DNA of 64,000 nt from Bacteroidota bacterium (GTDB lineage Bacteria; Bacteroidota; Bacteroidia; UKL13-3), in NCBI GenBank assembly GCA_046314755.1, contig JBKDBG010000054.1, positions 115 to 64,114 on the forward strand, given 5' to 3'. Under the pieces are notes generated by a model. It made no database searches, had not been told where the DNA came from, and saw nothing but the letters and a program-made list of their open reading frames with translations. Below are positions 10,902-20,958 of the stretch, one piece after another (the first letter of the stretch is position 1; each line of letters opens with the position of its first letter). Both the position numbers and the translations under genes were made by a program.

Positions 10902-11044
10902 GTGTTGATGCAAAATAGGCATTGTTGGGTAAGGCACAAATAAATTAATGCCTTGGGATTAAAGCACAATTAAATTACATTTGTTCAACACCCTTAAGAA
11001 ATGCAAAGCCTTTAACTATTGCCAATTTTATTGATTTCTTACCA

Positions 11045-12997
11045 ATGAAACATTTATTGTTCGTTTTGCTTGTGTGCGGCTGCTTTGGGGTGAATGCACA
11101 AATGGTTAATGCGGTTGAAGCAGGAAACATTGCTGCTTACGAAAAATCCATTAAACGACTACAAGAACAGCCTGATGAAACCTTATTTGAAAAGGTGGTA
11201 AATAATCTCAGTTTTGATTGTTTCCATTCTGCTATTCCGCTAAAAAACTTGCGCGAGTACATTCCGCAGTTATACCGTATTCTTGATCAAAGGCCGGAGT
11301 TGGAGAAGCACCGTTACTTGCTGGATTTTACGAGCGCTGTTGAAGCTTACAGCAGTGGAAGCGACAGCAACTTTATTCAACGTGTTTCTGTTTCTAAAAC
11401 AGCCTTACTCAACCAAAAGAGGTACCGCGATGCATTTCGACTGAATGTTGAGGCGGCACATTATTTGGCCCACATGGATAAAAAGGATGAGGCCAAAGCT
11501 TTATTCTATGATAACGAGTACATCATTGACAAGTTCAGTAAAGACATTCTCATTCAATCGGAAGTGGTGGAGGCCATTCAAAACGCCAACTCATTGGGCT
11601 ATTTGTTTTTCTCCCGAAACCAATTTGATTCTGCTGAAAAATATTATCGCATTGGACGACAAAGGGCTATTTCATTTAAGCTCGATCCATGGATTGGCAT
11701 TACCTCGGGCAACCTGGGCAGTGTTTACCAAAAAACAGGAAAGCATGATGAGGCTATTGAGTTGTTGTTGATTGATAAATCCAAATCAACCCAGGCAGGA
11801 ATTTACACCAGCGCTATTAATGCGCTTTTCGAGTTGGTTTCTATACACCTTCAGCGTAACCAATATGATAAGGTGAAAATTTATTTAGAAGAGGCGGATA
11901 GTTTATCAAAATTAGTAGATAAAAAAGAGCATATTGAGTTCTTAAATCAATTTAAAATAAAATATGCAACCCGACTCGCACAAATACATGCCGGAGTAGG
12001 AGACTTATCCGTAGCCAAACAATATTATGAAGAAGTGATTGAGCGCCTCACTGCATCAGAAAAAAACCATATCCTTGAAAAACAAGCGTCACAACGTTTA
12101 CGATACCGAATAGAAGACAATATGATAAAACTTGCCGAGTTGGAGGTGAGAGAAAGAAATTTTTGGTATATCATTATTCTGGTTGGACTCTTGTTGTTAT
12201 CGTTTTTGGTATTGGCCATTATTCAGGTTCGTTACAATAACCGATTAAAAGAAAAAGGCCAAAAAATTCAACAACAAGCTGAAAAGTTAGAACGCTTGAA
12301 TGTTGAGAAAAACAAATTGTTTTCAGTTGTTGCACATGATATTAAAAGCCCGCTGAGCAACCTGCAAGACGTGTTGGAATTATACCAAGGACAAATAATT
12401 GACGAGGCTATGTTTTTAAAATACAAAGACGACATTAATTACTCATTGGCCGGTTTGTCGGGAACACTTGAAAACCTGCTTAATTGGGCTTCGGTTGGCA
12501 TTAAAGAAGGTATACGTGTTAACTTAACCAAAGTTTATCCGGATGATGTGGTGCAGGACTTAATCAAACAAACGCAAGCACAAATTCAAAGCAAGGAATT
12601 ATACATTCGCTATCACAACCACTACCAGGGCAGTGTAATGGCTGATTATAATTTATTGTTGGTGGTATTGCGTAACTTTTTAAACAATGCCATTAAGTTT
12701 TCTCCAAAAGGAAAACCGATTGAAATCACAATTGAGGAAACTGCTGGTGGTGAGAATAACGTTACCATTAGCATAAAAGATTATGGCATGGGAATGCCGC
12801 AAAACAAAGTGCAACATCTGCTTCACAATACCGACAATATTGAAAGCACTTATGGAACAGCAGGAGAGCGGGGTTCGGGCTTAGGCTTAATTATTGTAAA
12901 AGACTTTATCAGATTAATGAACGGTGAGTTACACATTCAAAGCGAAACCGGACACGGCAGTACATTTAGTGTTACCGTTCCAAAATACCAAAGTTAA
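11045..12997 (+). CDS. Sensor histidine kinase with N-terminal TPR-like repeats
   Basis: Signal peptide, helical repeat region, one TM segment, H-box (VAHDIKSPL), N box (NNAIKFS) and G boxes (DYGMGM, GSGLGL). Confidence 0.8.
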   Translation: MKHLLFVLLVCGCFGVNAQMVNAVEAGNIAAYEKSIKRLQEQPDETLFEKVVNNLSFDCFHSAIPLKNLREYIPQLYRILDQRPELEKHRYLLDFTSAVEAYSSGSDSNFIQRVSVSKTALLNQKRYRDAFRLNVEAAHYLAHMDKKDEAKALFYDNEYIIDKFSKDILIQSEVVEAIQNANSLGYLFFSRNQFDSAEKYYRIGRQRAISFKLDPWIGITSGNLGSVYQKTGKHDEAIELLLIDKSKSTQAGIYTSAINALFELVSIHLQRNQYDKVKIYLEEADSLSKLVDKKEHIEFLNQFKIKYATRLAQIHAGVGDLSVAKQYYEEVIERLTASEKNHILEKQASQRLRYRIEDNMIKLAELEVRERNFWYIIILVGLLLLSFLVLAIIQVRYNNRLKEKGQKIQQQAEKLERLNVEKNKLFSVVAHDIKSPLSNLQDVLELYQGQIIDEAMFLKYKDDINYSLAGLSGTLENLLNWASVGIKEGIRVNLTKVYPDDVVQDLIKQTQAQIQSKELYIRYHNHYQGSVMADYNLLLVVLRNFLNNAIKFSPKGKPIEITIEETAGGENNVTISIKDYGMGMPQNKVQHLLHNTDNIESTYGTAGERGSGLGLIIVKDFIRLMNGELHIQSETGHGSTFSVTVPKYQS

Positions 12998-13374
12998 AGG
13001 TTTTGCAACTCATCAATGGTGAGCGGCTTGGCAATGTATTTTTTTACCATCGGATAATCTTTAACCTTATCCGTATCAGCCGGGTCGGTTGAGGATGTAA
13101 GCAAATAAATTTCGATGGGCTGAGAAATGCTTAATTCTTTTAGTTCATCTAAAAACTGCCATCCGTCTAAAATCGGCATGTTTAAATCTAAAAATATTAC
13201 CTCAGGAATTTTTGTGTTGTCATGCAATACTTTTTTAAGTGCCTCTATCGCATCAAATCCGTTTTCAAAACAAGAAAGGTGGTTGGCGTATAAACACATT
13301 TCAATTTGCATTTTAGCCGCAAATGAAAATATTTCGTCATCATCAATTAACCATACACATTCTACCTTATTCAT
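12994..13374 (-). CDS. Stand-alone response regulator (receiver domain only)
   Basis: Receiver signature DDD...FLDLNMP...T...KP. It overlaps the upstream kinase gene by 8 nt. Confidence 0.8.
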   Translation of the reverse strand: MNKVECVWLIDDDEIFSFAAKMQIEMCLYANHLSCFENGFDAIEALKKVLHDNTKIPEVIFLDLNMPILDGWQFLDELKELSISQPIEIYLLTSSTDPADTDKVKDYPMVKKYIAKPLTIDELQNL

Positions 13375-15565
13375 TTTTAAATTCTATTTTAAATGTTGTA
13401 CCAACATTAGGTTCACTTTGCACCGATACACTTCCTCCCATGGCCTCAATCTGATTTTTTGAGATAAATAAACCAACACCTCTTGAATCTTTGTGGCTAT
13501 GAAACTTCTTATACATACCAAACAGTTTATGGCCGTGTTTGTTTAAATCAATTCCTAATCCGTTGTCTTCAAACAACATCACCATCTTGTCCTCGTGCTT
13601 TTCCGTTCTTATTTTTACATAACTCTCCCTGTCGGGCGATTTGTATTTAATACCGTTAGTTAAAAAGTTAAGAATGATGCTATCAATATAGGCGGGTATG
13701 CCTATTACGTAACATTGGTCATTCACCTCATTAATAATTTTCACCTGCTGCTCTGATGCCAATGCCACAACGTCTATACAGGCTTTTTCAACAGCCTTTT
13801 TCAACTCAATTTTCACCATTGATTCACCCGCTTTATCATTCATAAGCACCACTTCTTTTAAATGGCTGATGGTTTCTTCCAAGTTGTTTGAAGCCTGGTT
13901 TAATAAGCTAAACACTTTGTCTTCTGTTAAGTGCGGATGTTGAGACTTTAACAGCTCAATCAACATATAAAAGTTAGACGAGTGTGAACGCAAGTTGTGT
14001 GACACAATGTGTGCGTAATTTCTTAAGCGGCTATTTTGATTTTGGGTTAAATCAAGCAGCTCACTAATTTCCGTTTCTTTGTTTTTGCGTTCCGTGATAT
14101 CGGTTTCTACGGCCATGTACCCTATCTTATTGCTCTCTTTATCCAACAAGGGAACAATATCAAGTTGCAACCAGTACTCGTTGCCGTGTTTTCCTCGGTT
14201 TAAAATTTCGGCACTTACTTCTTTGTCTTTTGAAAGTAACTCCCTAATGCGGGCAACGGTATCTATATTAGTCTTCTCAAACTGAAACATTCTTGGTGTA
14301 TTTCCAATTATTTCTTCTCGTGAATAGCCGCTCAAACGAATCAAACTATCGTTTACCCATACAATTCTTCTGTCAAGGTCGGTAATCACTACACAGTTTG
14401 AGGTTTTTTTGGCCACCAATGAAAGGCGATCTAATTCCTCCTCATACGTTTTTCTGGTGGAAATATCCTGAATGATTCCTCGTATTTTTCTGACTCTTGT
14501 TAAAGGGTCAATGTGCAATTCCGCTTGCAAGTATATCCATTTAACCGTCCGTTTTCCGATAATGCGCAAATCCAATTTAAACTGATAACGTTGTGCGAGC
14601 TTACTGGCCATCAGTTCCTTCTCTAACAATACCCTATCATCCGGGTTGAGGTAAATTAAAATTTGATTCAGTGATTGCGAATCTTGATCAGAAAGTGCCA
14701 ATAAGGTTTTTAATCCTTTCGACATTTCAAGATTATCTGTTTCCAGGTCTAGTTCAAAATTTCCGAGTCGTGCCACATCTTGCGCTTGCAATAATTTGGT
14801 TTGTGCCTCACTTAGATCTCTGGTACGCTTATTAATTTCAATTTCAAGCTCCTTGTTAAACTCATCATTTTTTTGTTTCGCTTCTTTTAAGCTGCGTTTC
14901 AATTTATAAAACGCGTTGTTTAAGTCGCCAATTTCATCTTTGTTGCTAATGGGGGTGATGTTAATGTTATAGTTTCCTTTTTCAAGTTCAATAGCAAGGT
15001 CGGTAACCGCTCTAATCGGTTTTGAAATTTTTATGGCAAACATGTAGAAAATCAGCATTGAAATCACCATGAGGGAAATCAGGAAAACATGAACAGGGGT
15101 GTTTAATTCATATAATGATTGATCAACTCGTTTTTTTGAAGTTGCAATCAGGACGGAACCGTTAAAAATAGATTTATCCAGCGGATATTCTTGATAGTAG
15201 TATTTTGATTCATCTTTTTGTAAAATCAATTCATCAGAATAGTTCACCGGGTTTTTGGTGAAAATTTCTTTTTGCTTGTTTTCGCCTTGCTGTAAAATGG
15301 CCACAAACTCAAAATCGGGTAACTCACGAGCCAGATTAATGGTGCGCTCAAGTCCTTCAAAATTCTCATAAGCTAATGAAAGCTCAACACCAAGTGCAAC
15401 CGTATTCGCCATTCCCCTTAATTTAGCATTAGTGCTTTCTAAGAACAATTGCTTTTGTTTTTGAGGATAGTACCAAAATACCCCAGCAATTAAAAAGAGA
15501 ATACTGGTAGCAAAGGGCAGCCAAATTTTAAAAGCGATACTTTTGGTAAACTTGCGCCAAGCCAT
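13367..15565 (-). CDS. HAMP/PAS sensor histidine kinase
   Basis: Two TM segments flank a periplasmic domain. A HAMP-like linker, coiled coil and two PAS-like regions follow, then the H-box (HIVSHNLRSH) and HATPase (DNGLGID, GVGLF). Confidence 0.85.
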   Translation of the reverse strand: MAWRKFTKSIAFKIWLPFATSILFLIAGVFWYYPQKQKQLFLESTNAKLRGMANTVALGVELSLAYENFEGLERTINLARELPDFEFVAILQQGENKQKEIFTKNPVNYSDELILQKDESKYYYQEYPLDKSIFNGSVLIATSKKRVDQSLYELNTPVHVFLISLMVISMLIFYMFAIKISKPIRAVTDLAIELEKGNYNINITPISNKDEIGDLNNAFYKLKRSLKEAKQKNDEFNKELEIEINKRTRDLSEAQTKLLQAQDVARLGNFELDLETDNLEMSKGLKTLLALSDQDSQSLNQILIYLNPDDRVLLEKELMASKLAQRYQFKLDLRIIGKRTVKWIYLQAELHIDPLTRVRKIRGIIQDISTRKTYEEELDRLSLVAKKTSNCVVITDLDRRIVWVNDSLIRLSGYSREEIIGNTPRMFQFEKTNIDTVARIRELLSKDKEVSAEILNRGKHGNEYWLQLDIVPLLDKESNKIGYMAVETDITERKNKETEISELLDLTQNQNSRLRNYAHIVSHNLRSHSSNFYMLIELLKSQHPHLTEDKVFSLLNQASNNLEETISHLKEVVLMNDKAGESMVKIELKKAVEKACIDVVALASEQQVKIINEVNDQCYVIGIPAYIDSIILNFLTNGIKYKSPDRESYVKIRTEKHEDKMVMLFEDNGLGIDLNKHGHKLFGMYKKFHSHKDSRGVGLFISKNQIEAMGGSVSVQSEPNVGTTFKIEFKNE

Positions 15566-16011
15566 TAATTCTTCACTTTAATGATGAGGGAAGATGGAAT
15601 ATCATTGTAGGAAGATGGCAATAAACCAATTGCTCCGGGAGTTGCTTTTATTGTTTCCACCATTTCTTTTTCAGAAGAAACAAAAACCGGTGAATTTCCT
15701 CTACCTTGAAACACCCACGACAACCAATATTTTTGCATGCCATTCACTGAAGTTTTATAAACCTCGTTGGCTACAATACCTGCAAAATCTGCTTTTGAAG
15801 ATGGCAACACAATGGTTACCGCCTCTCCATTATTCCACTGTGATCTTTTCCCTTTGAATATGGCAATGATTTCATCAAAACTTGCCTCTTTAAATCCCAC
15901 ATTGTTTCCAACTACTATAAGCTTGGTTGAAAACTGTAGCGTACTTCCCGATAAGCTTGTGCTAAAGGAAATAACCGTGGTTAATAGTATGAATAATATG
16001 TACTTCTTCAT
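15565..16011 (-). CDS. Short periplasmic PstS/PBP-like domain protein
   Basis: Signal peptide. The FDEIIAIFKGKRSQW and PGAIGLLPSS blocks resemble phosphate-binding-protein-like domains. Its stop overlaps the kinase start (TAATG). Confidence 0.5.
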   Translation of the reverse strand: MKKYILFILLTTVISFSTSLSGSTLQFSTKLIVVGNNVGFKEASFDEIIAIFKGKRSQWNNGEAVTIVLPSSKADFAGIVANEVYKTSVNGMQKYWLSWVFQGRGNSPVFVSSEKEMVETIKATPGAIGLLPSSYNDIPSSLIIKVKN

Positions 16012-16013
16012 AT

Positions 16014-17108
16014 TTAAAAACCATATGCAAGTTGAAACCGAAGCAAAAGCTCATCTTGGTGTTTATGAGGCGTGTTGCTATGAATGTGGCCCACACCAAT
16101 TTTTTCAATCTGGGCCTTTATATTTATTAAGTGGCTAAACTCATACCGGTAACCCACTGCCAACTTGTAACGCTCCATATGGTAGTTGTGTAAGTCATTA
16201 TCATCAACCATTATATAATCAAATAAGGCATAAGGTATGTTTTTTTCGTTGATTTTAAATGCCGAGTAAATATAATTGGCGTAATTCTTGGCCAAGCCTA
16301 AACTATCAGTTCGGGTAATATTAGCATTAAACTCATTCAACAACTCAAATCGTTCGCCAAAATACGCTAACGAAAAGCTTAATAAATGGTAATCTATTTT
16401 TCCTTTATACAGGGCAAATCCGGGAGGAAACATGCTCATTGAATGCCCGCTGTGCGAGCCATATCCGTTTTGTTCCATGTAGTCAAAATAGTAAGATGCG
16501 CCCACCCTTAATCCATCAATGGGCTTAACATGCACTGCTCCATATACAGCATGTTGGGGTTTGTTATCACCAATATCCGTATTATGTATGCCATTACCCA
16601 CTCCTAAATCATAGCCAAAATTGTATTTACCCAAATTTTGCCCCTGCAATTGTATGCCTAAGGTGTGTACCGGGATCAAATGACTAAATGCAAACGGACG
16701 ATCAATGCTTGGAAAGAATAAACGACCGTGATGGTACACATCGTTCCAATAATTGAGCGGTGTATGCACTTTACCGGCAATAACCGAGTGGTTTCCGGAG
16801 TAGTTAAACTTTACGAACGAACGCTCAATGCTGGCCAAAAATCCACTTGGTGATGCGTTTGAGGGACGTACCACATACTCACCCAAAAATGAAATACGCG
16901 GACTCAACTTGGACGTGATAAAAAAATCGTGTTCGCCAATGCCAAAGTAACCATAGGGTGTAGTATCCTTAATATTTGCGGAGAGTTCTTGGTGTCCGAA
17001 ACCCTTAAATTGGGTTTGAGGAAATTGCGCAAACAACCACTGCGTGCTTAATAAGCCCATAGCAGAAGCCAACAAATGTTGTTTTCGCATGTTTAATATG
17101 CCTTTCAT
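16014..17108 (-). CDS. Putative outer-membrane beta-barrel (porin-like) protein
   Basis: Signal peptide (LFAQ), alternating aromatic/Gly-rich strands and a C-terminal ...QLAYGF typical of OM barrels. No family recognised. Confidence 0.5.
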   Translation of the reverse strand: MKGILNMRKQHLLASAMGLLSTQWLFAQFPQTQFKGFGHQELSANIKDTTPYGYFGIGEHDFFITSKLSPRISFLGEYVVRPSNASPSGFLASIERSFVKFNYSGNHSVIAGKVHTPLNYWNDVYHHGRLFFPSIDRPFAFSHLIPVHTLGIQLQGQNLGKYNFGYDLGVGNGIHNTDIGDNKPQHAVYGAVHVKPIDGLRVGASYYFDYMEQNGYGSHSGHSMSMFPPGFALYKGKIDYHLLSFSLAYFGERFELLNEFNANITRTDSLGLAKNYANYIYSAFKINEKNIPYALFDYIMVDDNDLHNYHMERYKLAVGYRYEFSHLINIKAQIEKIGVGHIHSNTPHKHQDELLLRFQLAYGF

Positions 17109-17433
17109 GATATAAGTTAAGTATCGGCATATTTACTTTTTTCAGTACTTAAGGGGATAAGTCTTTACAATTTTAGTCGTTTTTAAGTAAACATTCCAAT
17201 ATAATTTTCGAGCGATTCGCTTTGCCAAACCCCTTGCTCTGTTGTTGGGTTAATTAAGCAGGAAATATCCTTGTTAACAAAAAGAGAACGGGGTATTAAT
17301 GTTTTTTTACAATCCTTTCTACTTGAAGAGGTTGCGTAAATATTTCTTGTAAATGAAGGATAAAATTCTATTTAAAAAAACCTTTTTGGAGCCAAGTAGT
17401 TTAAAACAGTATTAACTTTGCGCCACTTTTACC

Positions 17434-17736
17434 TTGAAGATTGTATTAAAACATATCCAATTTCTTTTACTCCTGCTGGTTGTAATTAACTACGTAGTGC
17501 CTGTGGTTTATGGTATTGACACAGAGTGGCAACAAACGGCTATGGAGCAAACAGAACAAGAGCAACCGACTGAAGAAGTCCTTGAGAAAGAGGATTTAAA
17601 AGAATCGGAAGTTCAATTTGTGATTCCGGCAAACCACATGCCGTCCATGCAAAAAGACATAACTGTAAATCGCGGTTATTGCTCTTCAACATTAAATCAC
17701 CCGCGAAAACTCTTCACCCCTCCTCCACGGGCTTAA
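17434..17736 (+). CDS. Small hypothetical membrane-anchored/secreted acidic protein preceding czcA
   Basis: 100-aa ORF with a TTG start. It has an N-terminal hydrophobic helix, an E/Q-rich middle and ends in PPPRA. A TAACTTTG (-7-like) box lies at 17413..17420. Confidence 0.4.
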   Translation: MKIVLKHIQFLLLLLVVINYVVPVVYGIDTEWQQTAMEQTEQEQPTEEVLEKEDLKESEVQFVIPANHMPSMQKDITVNRGYCSSTLNHPRKLFTPPPRA

Positions 17737-17808
17737 TCAAACTGTGTTTGTTGCGTGCAACGTTTTGTTGCCGCGTTTCTCATTTTTTATTATACCTAAT
17801 CACAACAA

Positions 17809-20800
17809 ATGATTGATAAATTAATTGCGTTTAGCACACGCAGTCCATGGACCATTGGATTGCTTATGCTTGTTTTGATATGTTGGGGTGGATACTCCTT
17901 AAAAAACTTACCCATTGATGCTGTACCTGATGTAACCACCAATCAGGTAGATGTGATTACCAACTCGCCCAATCTTTCTTCATTGGAGATTGAGCGATTT
18001 ATTACAACGCCAATCGAAATGGCTATGGCCAATATACCGGGCTTAATTGAAGTTCGCTCCAACTCAAAATTTGGCAGCAGTGTGGTAAAACTTATTTTTG
18101 AAGATAAAATTGATATTTATTGGGCTCGCCAACAAGTTTTTGAAAGGTTGGAGTCGGTAAAAAGTGAAATTCCGGAAGGTGCCGGCACGCCCATTTTAGG
18201 TCCGGCCTCAACGGGTTTGGGAGAAATCTATCAATATGTAATCAGGCCGGTTGATATTAAAAACAGCAAATACACTTCAACCGAAATTCGTACCATACAA
18301 GATTGGGTAGTACGCAGAAAGTTGCTGGGCTTACCCGGTGTTGCTGATGTGAGCGGGTATGGCGGCTTTACCAAAGAGTATCAAGCAAAAATTAAACCCG
18401 AGCGTTTAAAATCCTTAGGCATTACGGTTGATGAATTGTACGAAGCACTTGCCAAGGGCAATAGCAATACAGGTGGTGCTTACATTGAAAAGGACAACAA
18501 GGCTTACACCATCCGTGGAATTGGTTTGGCCAAAAACCTTGATGATATAGCCAACACGGTAATTGAAACACGTAATGGCGTGCCAATTTTGGTGAAAGAG
18601 GTAGCTGATGTGGAATACGGACACGCCTTGCGTTATGGCGCACTTACCATGAACGGAGAAGGCGATGTGGTGGGCGGATCGATATTAATGATGAAAGGAG
18701 CCAATGGCAACCAAGTAATTGATGCGGTGAAAAAACGCATGGGCGAAATTCAGGAAATGTTACCCGAAGGTTTGGTGATTGAACCGTTTGTTGATCGCTC
18801 TAAATTGGTAAATGCTGCAATTAAAACGGTGGCTACTAACTTAATTGAAGGTGCCATCATTGTGTTTGTGGTGATATTGTTGTTGCTCGGAAATTTACGT
18901 GCCGGTTTGTTAGCGGCATCAGTAATTCCGCTTTCCATGCTGTTTGCCTTTATTATTATGCATTACACCGGAGTCGTGGGTAATATCATGAGTTTAGGCG
19001 CCATTGATTTTGGCTTGCTGGTTGACCCTGCCATTATTGTAGTGGAAAGCGTGGTGTTGTTTTTAGCCGTGGCTTTAAACAAACGCATGAAAGAAAATCC
19101 TAACGGCATCATCACCTATCAGGAACGTCAAGATATCATTGTTGAATCAACCATTAGCATAAAAAAATCTGTTGTGTTTGGCGGGTTGATTATTTTGATT
19201 GTGTACTTCCCGATATTAACCCTGCAAGGTGTAGAAGGTAAAATGTTTAGCCCAATGGCTAAAACCGTGGGTTATGCAATTATCGGTGCGTTGTTGTTAT
19301 CTCTAACCTACGTTCCAATGATGAGCGCATTGGTGTTGCGTCCGCCAAAATCATTACACCATGATGATATCGGAGCCAAAATTGTAAACTTCTTTTTAAA
19401 AGGAATTAACCCGTTGTTTGATTTTTGTTTGCGCTACAAAAAAGCAGTGTTGGGCTTTGCGGGAGCCGTGCTTTTGGCAGGCTACATCGGCTTCAGTAAT
19501 ATTGGTGGCGAGTTTATTCCTAAACTGCAAGAAGGCGATATTTTAATCGATATGAACTTGCCGATTGGAACTCCACTTACAGAGTCTATTTCACAAAGCA
19601 CCAACATCCAACAATTTTTAATGAAAGAATACCCCGATGAAATTGAACGCATTGTTTCAAAAATCGGCACATCGGAAGTAAAGGTTGATCCGCTTCCGTT
19701 GGAATCGCAAGAAATTATTGTGGTGTTGAAAGACAAACAGTACTGGACTAAATCCAAACAGCAAGAAGATTTGGCCGCCATGTTTAATGAATCAATGAAA
19801 CAATTTCCGGGAATTATTTTATCCATTCAACAACCTATTGAAAGTCGTGTAAATGATATGATGAGCGGAGCAAGAACCGATGTGGTGGTGCAATTATACG
19901 GACCGGATTTAGACACCTTGGTAAAAAAAGGAAATGAAATTATTCAACTCGTAAAAACCGTACCGGGTGCGGTGGATGTGCAAGAAAATAAAGTGTTTGG
20001 TTTGCCTCAAATTAATATTGAATACGACCGCAAGGCCATGGCTTTGTATGGCGTAAAAGTAGAACAAATTAACCGTGCCATTCAAACAGCTTTTGGTGGA
20101 GCTACCGCAGGTGTGGTGTATGAAGGCGATAAACGTTTTGATTTAACCTTGCGCTTGGAAGGCGAAGAACGCGTGAAGCGAGAGAACATTGAAAACTTAA
20201 TGATTGAAGCCGACAATGGAGAGCCGGTTCCGTTGAAAGAGTTGGCTAGCATACAAGAAGATGTTGGCCCTTCAGAAATAGGACATGAAGGTTTGCAACG
20301 CAGGGTAAATTTAGGCTTTAATGTGCGTGAGCGTGATTTGGAAAGTGTGGTGAATGATGTGATAAAACTGGTGGATGCCAACGTAGAATTGCCGGACAAT
20401 TACAAGGTAACTTATGGCGGTGAATTCGAAAATTTTAGCAGAGCAAAAAGCACATTGGCCATAGTAGTGCCTATTTCGTTGCTTATTATTTTGGGCTTGT
20501 TGTATTTAACCTTTGGCAACTTTAAAGACAGTTTGTTGATTTATTCCGTTGTGCCTCTTTCGGCAGTTGGTGGCGTGCTATCCTTGTTGCTTCGTGATAT
20601 GAATTTTAGTATTTCGGCCGGTGTTGGTTTTATTGCCTTGTTTGGTGTGGCCGTACTTAACGGTATTTTATTGGTAAGCCGATTTAATGAATTGGGGGCA
20701 GAAGGCGTTAGCGATTTAAACACACGTGTTAAGCAAGGATTACAAGATCGTATTCGTCCGGTGTTAATGACCTCATTGGTAGCAGCCTTAGGTTTTATGC

Positions 20801-20958
20801 CTATGGCTTTATCAACCAGTGTAGGGGCCGAGGTACAAAAACCATTGGCAACAGTGGTAATTGGTGGGCTCATCATTTCAACCGCACTTACCCTTTTTGT
20901 ATTGCCGGTGTTGTACACCTTATTCACCAAAAAAGAAACTTTAACCAAACAAGCGTAA
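17809..20958 (+). CDS. czcA: CusA/CzcA-family heavy-metal efflux RND transporter
   Basis: 1049 aa with the 12-TM RND layout. The N-terminus (IDKLIAFS...) and C-terminal region (PVLMTSLVAALGFMPMALS) are typical of the HME-RND family. Confidence 0.95.
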   Translation: MIDKLIAFSTRSPWTIGLLMLVLICWGGYSLKNLPIDAVPDVTTNQVDVITNSPNLSSLEIERFITTPIEMAMANIPGLIEVRSNSKFGSSVVKLIFEDKIDIYWARQQVFERLESVKSEIPEGAGTPILGPASTGLGEIYQYVIRPVDIKNSKYTSTEIRTIQDWVVRRKLLGLPGVADVSGYGGFTKEYQAKIKPERLKSLGITVDELYEALAKGNSNTGGAYIEKDNKAYTIRGIGLAKNLDDIANTVIETRNGVPILVKEVADVEYGHALRYGALTMNGEGDVVGGSILMMKGANGNQVIDAVKKRMGEIQEMLPEGLVIEPFVDRSKLVNAAIKTVATNLIEGAIIVFVVILLLLGNLRAGLLAASVIPLSMLFAFIIMHYTGVVGNIMSLGAIDFGLLVDPAIIVVESVVLFLAVALNKRMKENPNGIITYQERQDIIVESTISIKKSVVFGGLIILIVYFPILTLQGVEGKMFSPMAKTVGYAIIGALLLSLTYVPMMSALVLRPPKSLHHDDIGAKIVNFFLKGINPLFDFCLRYKKAVLGFAGAVLLAGYIGFSNIGGEFIPKLQEGDILIDMNLPIGTPLTESISQSTNIQQFLMKEYPDEIERIVSKIGTSEVKVDPLPLESQEIIVVLKDKQYWTKSKQQEDLAAMFNESMKQFPGIILSIQQPIESRVNDMMSGARTDVVVQLYGPDLDTLVKKGNEIIQLVKTVPGAVDVQENKVFGLPQINIEYDRKAMALYGVKVEQINRAIQTAFGGATAGVVYEGDKRFDLTLRLEGEERVKRENIENLMIEADNGEPVPLKELASIQEDVGPSEIGHEGLQRRVNLGFNVRERDLESVVNDVIKLVDANVELPDNYKVTYGGEFENFSRAKSTLAIVVPISLLIILGLLYLTFGNFKDSLLIYSVVPLSAVGGVLSLLLRDMNFSISAGVGFIALFGVAVLNGILLVSRFNELGAEGVSDLNTRVKQGLQDRIRPVLMTSLVAALGFMPMALSTSVGAEVQKPLATVVIGGLIISTALTLFVLPVLYTLFTKKETLTKQA

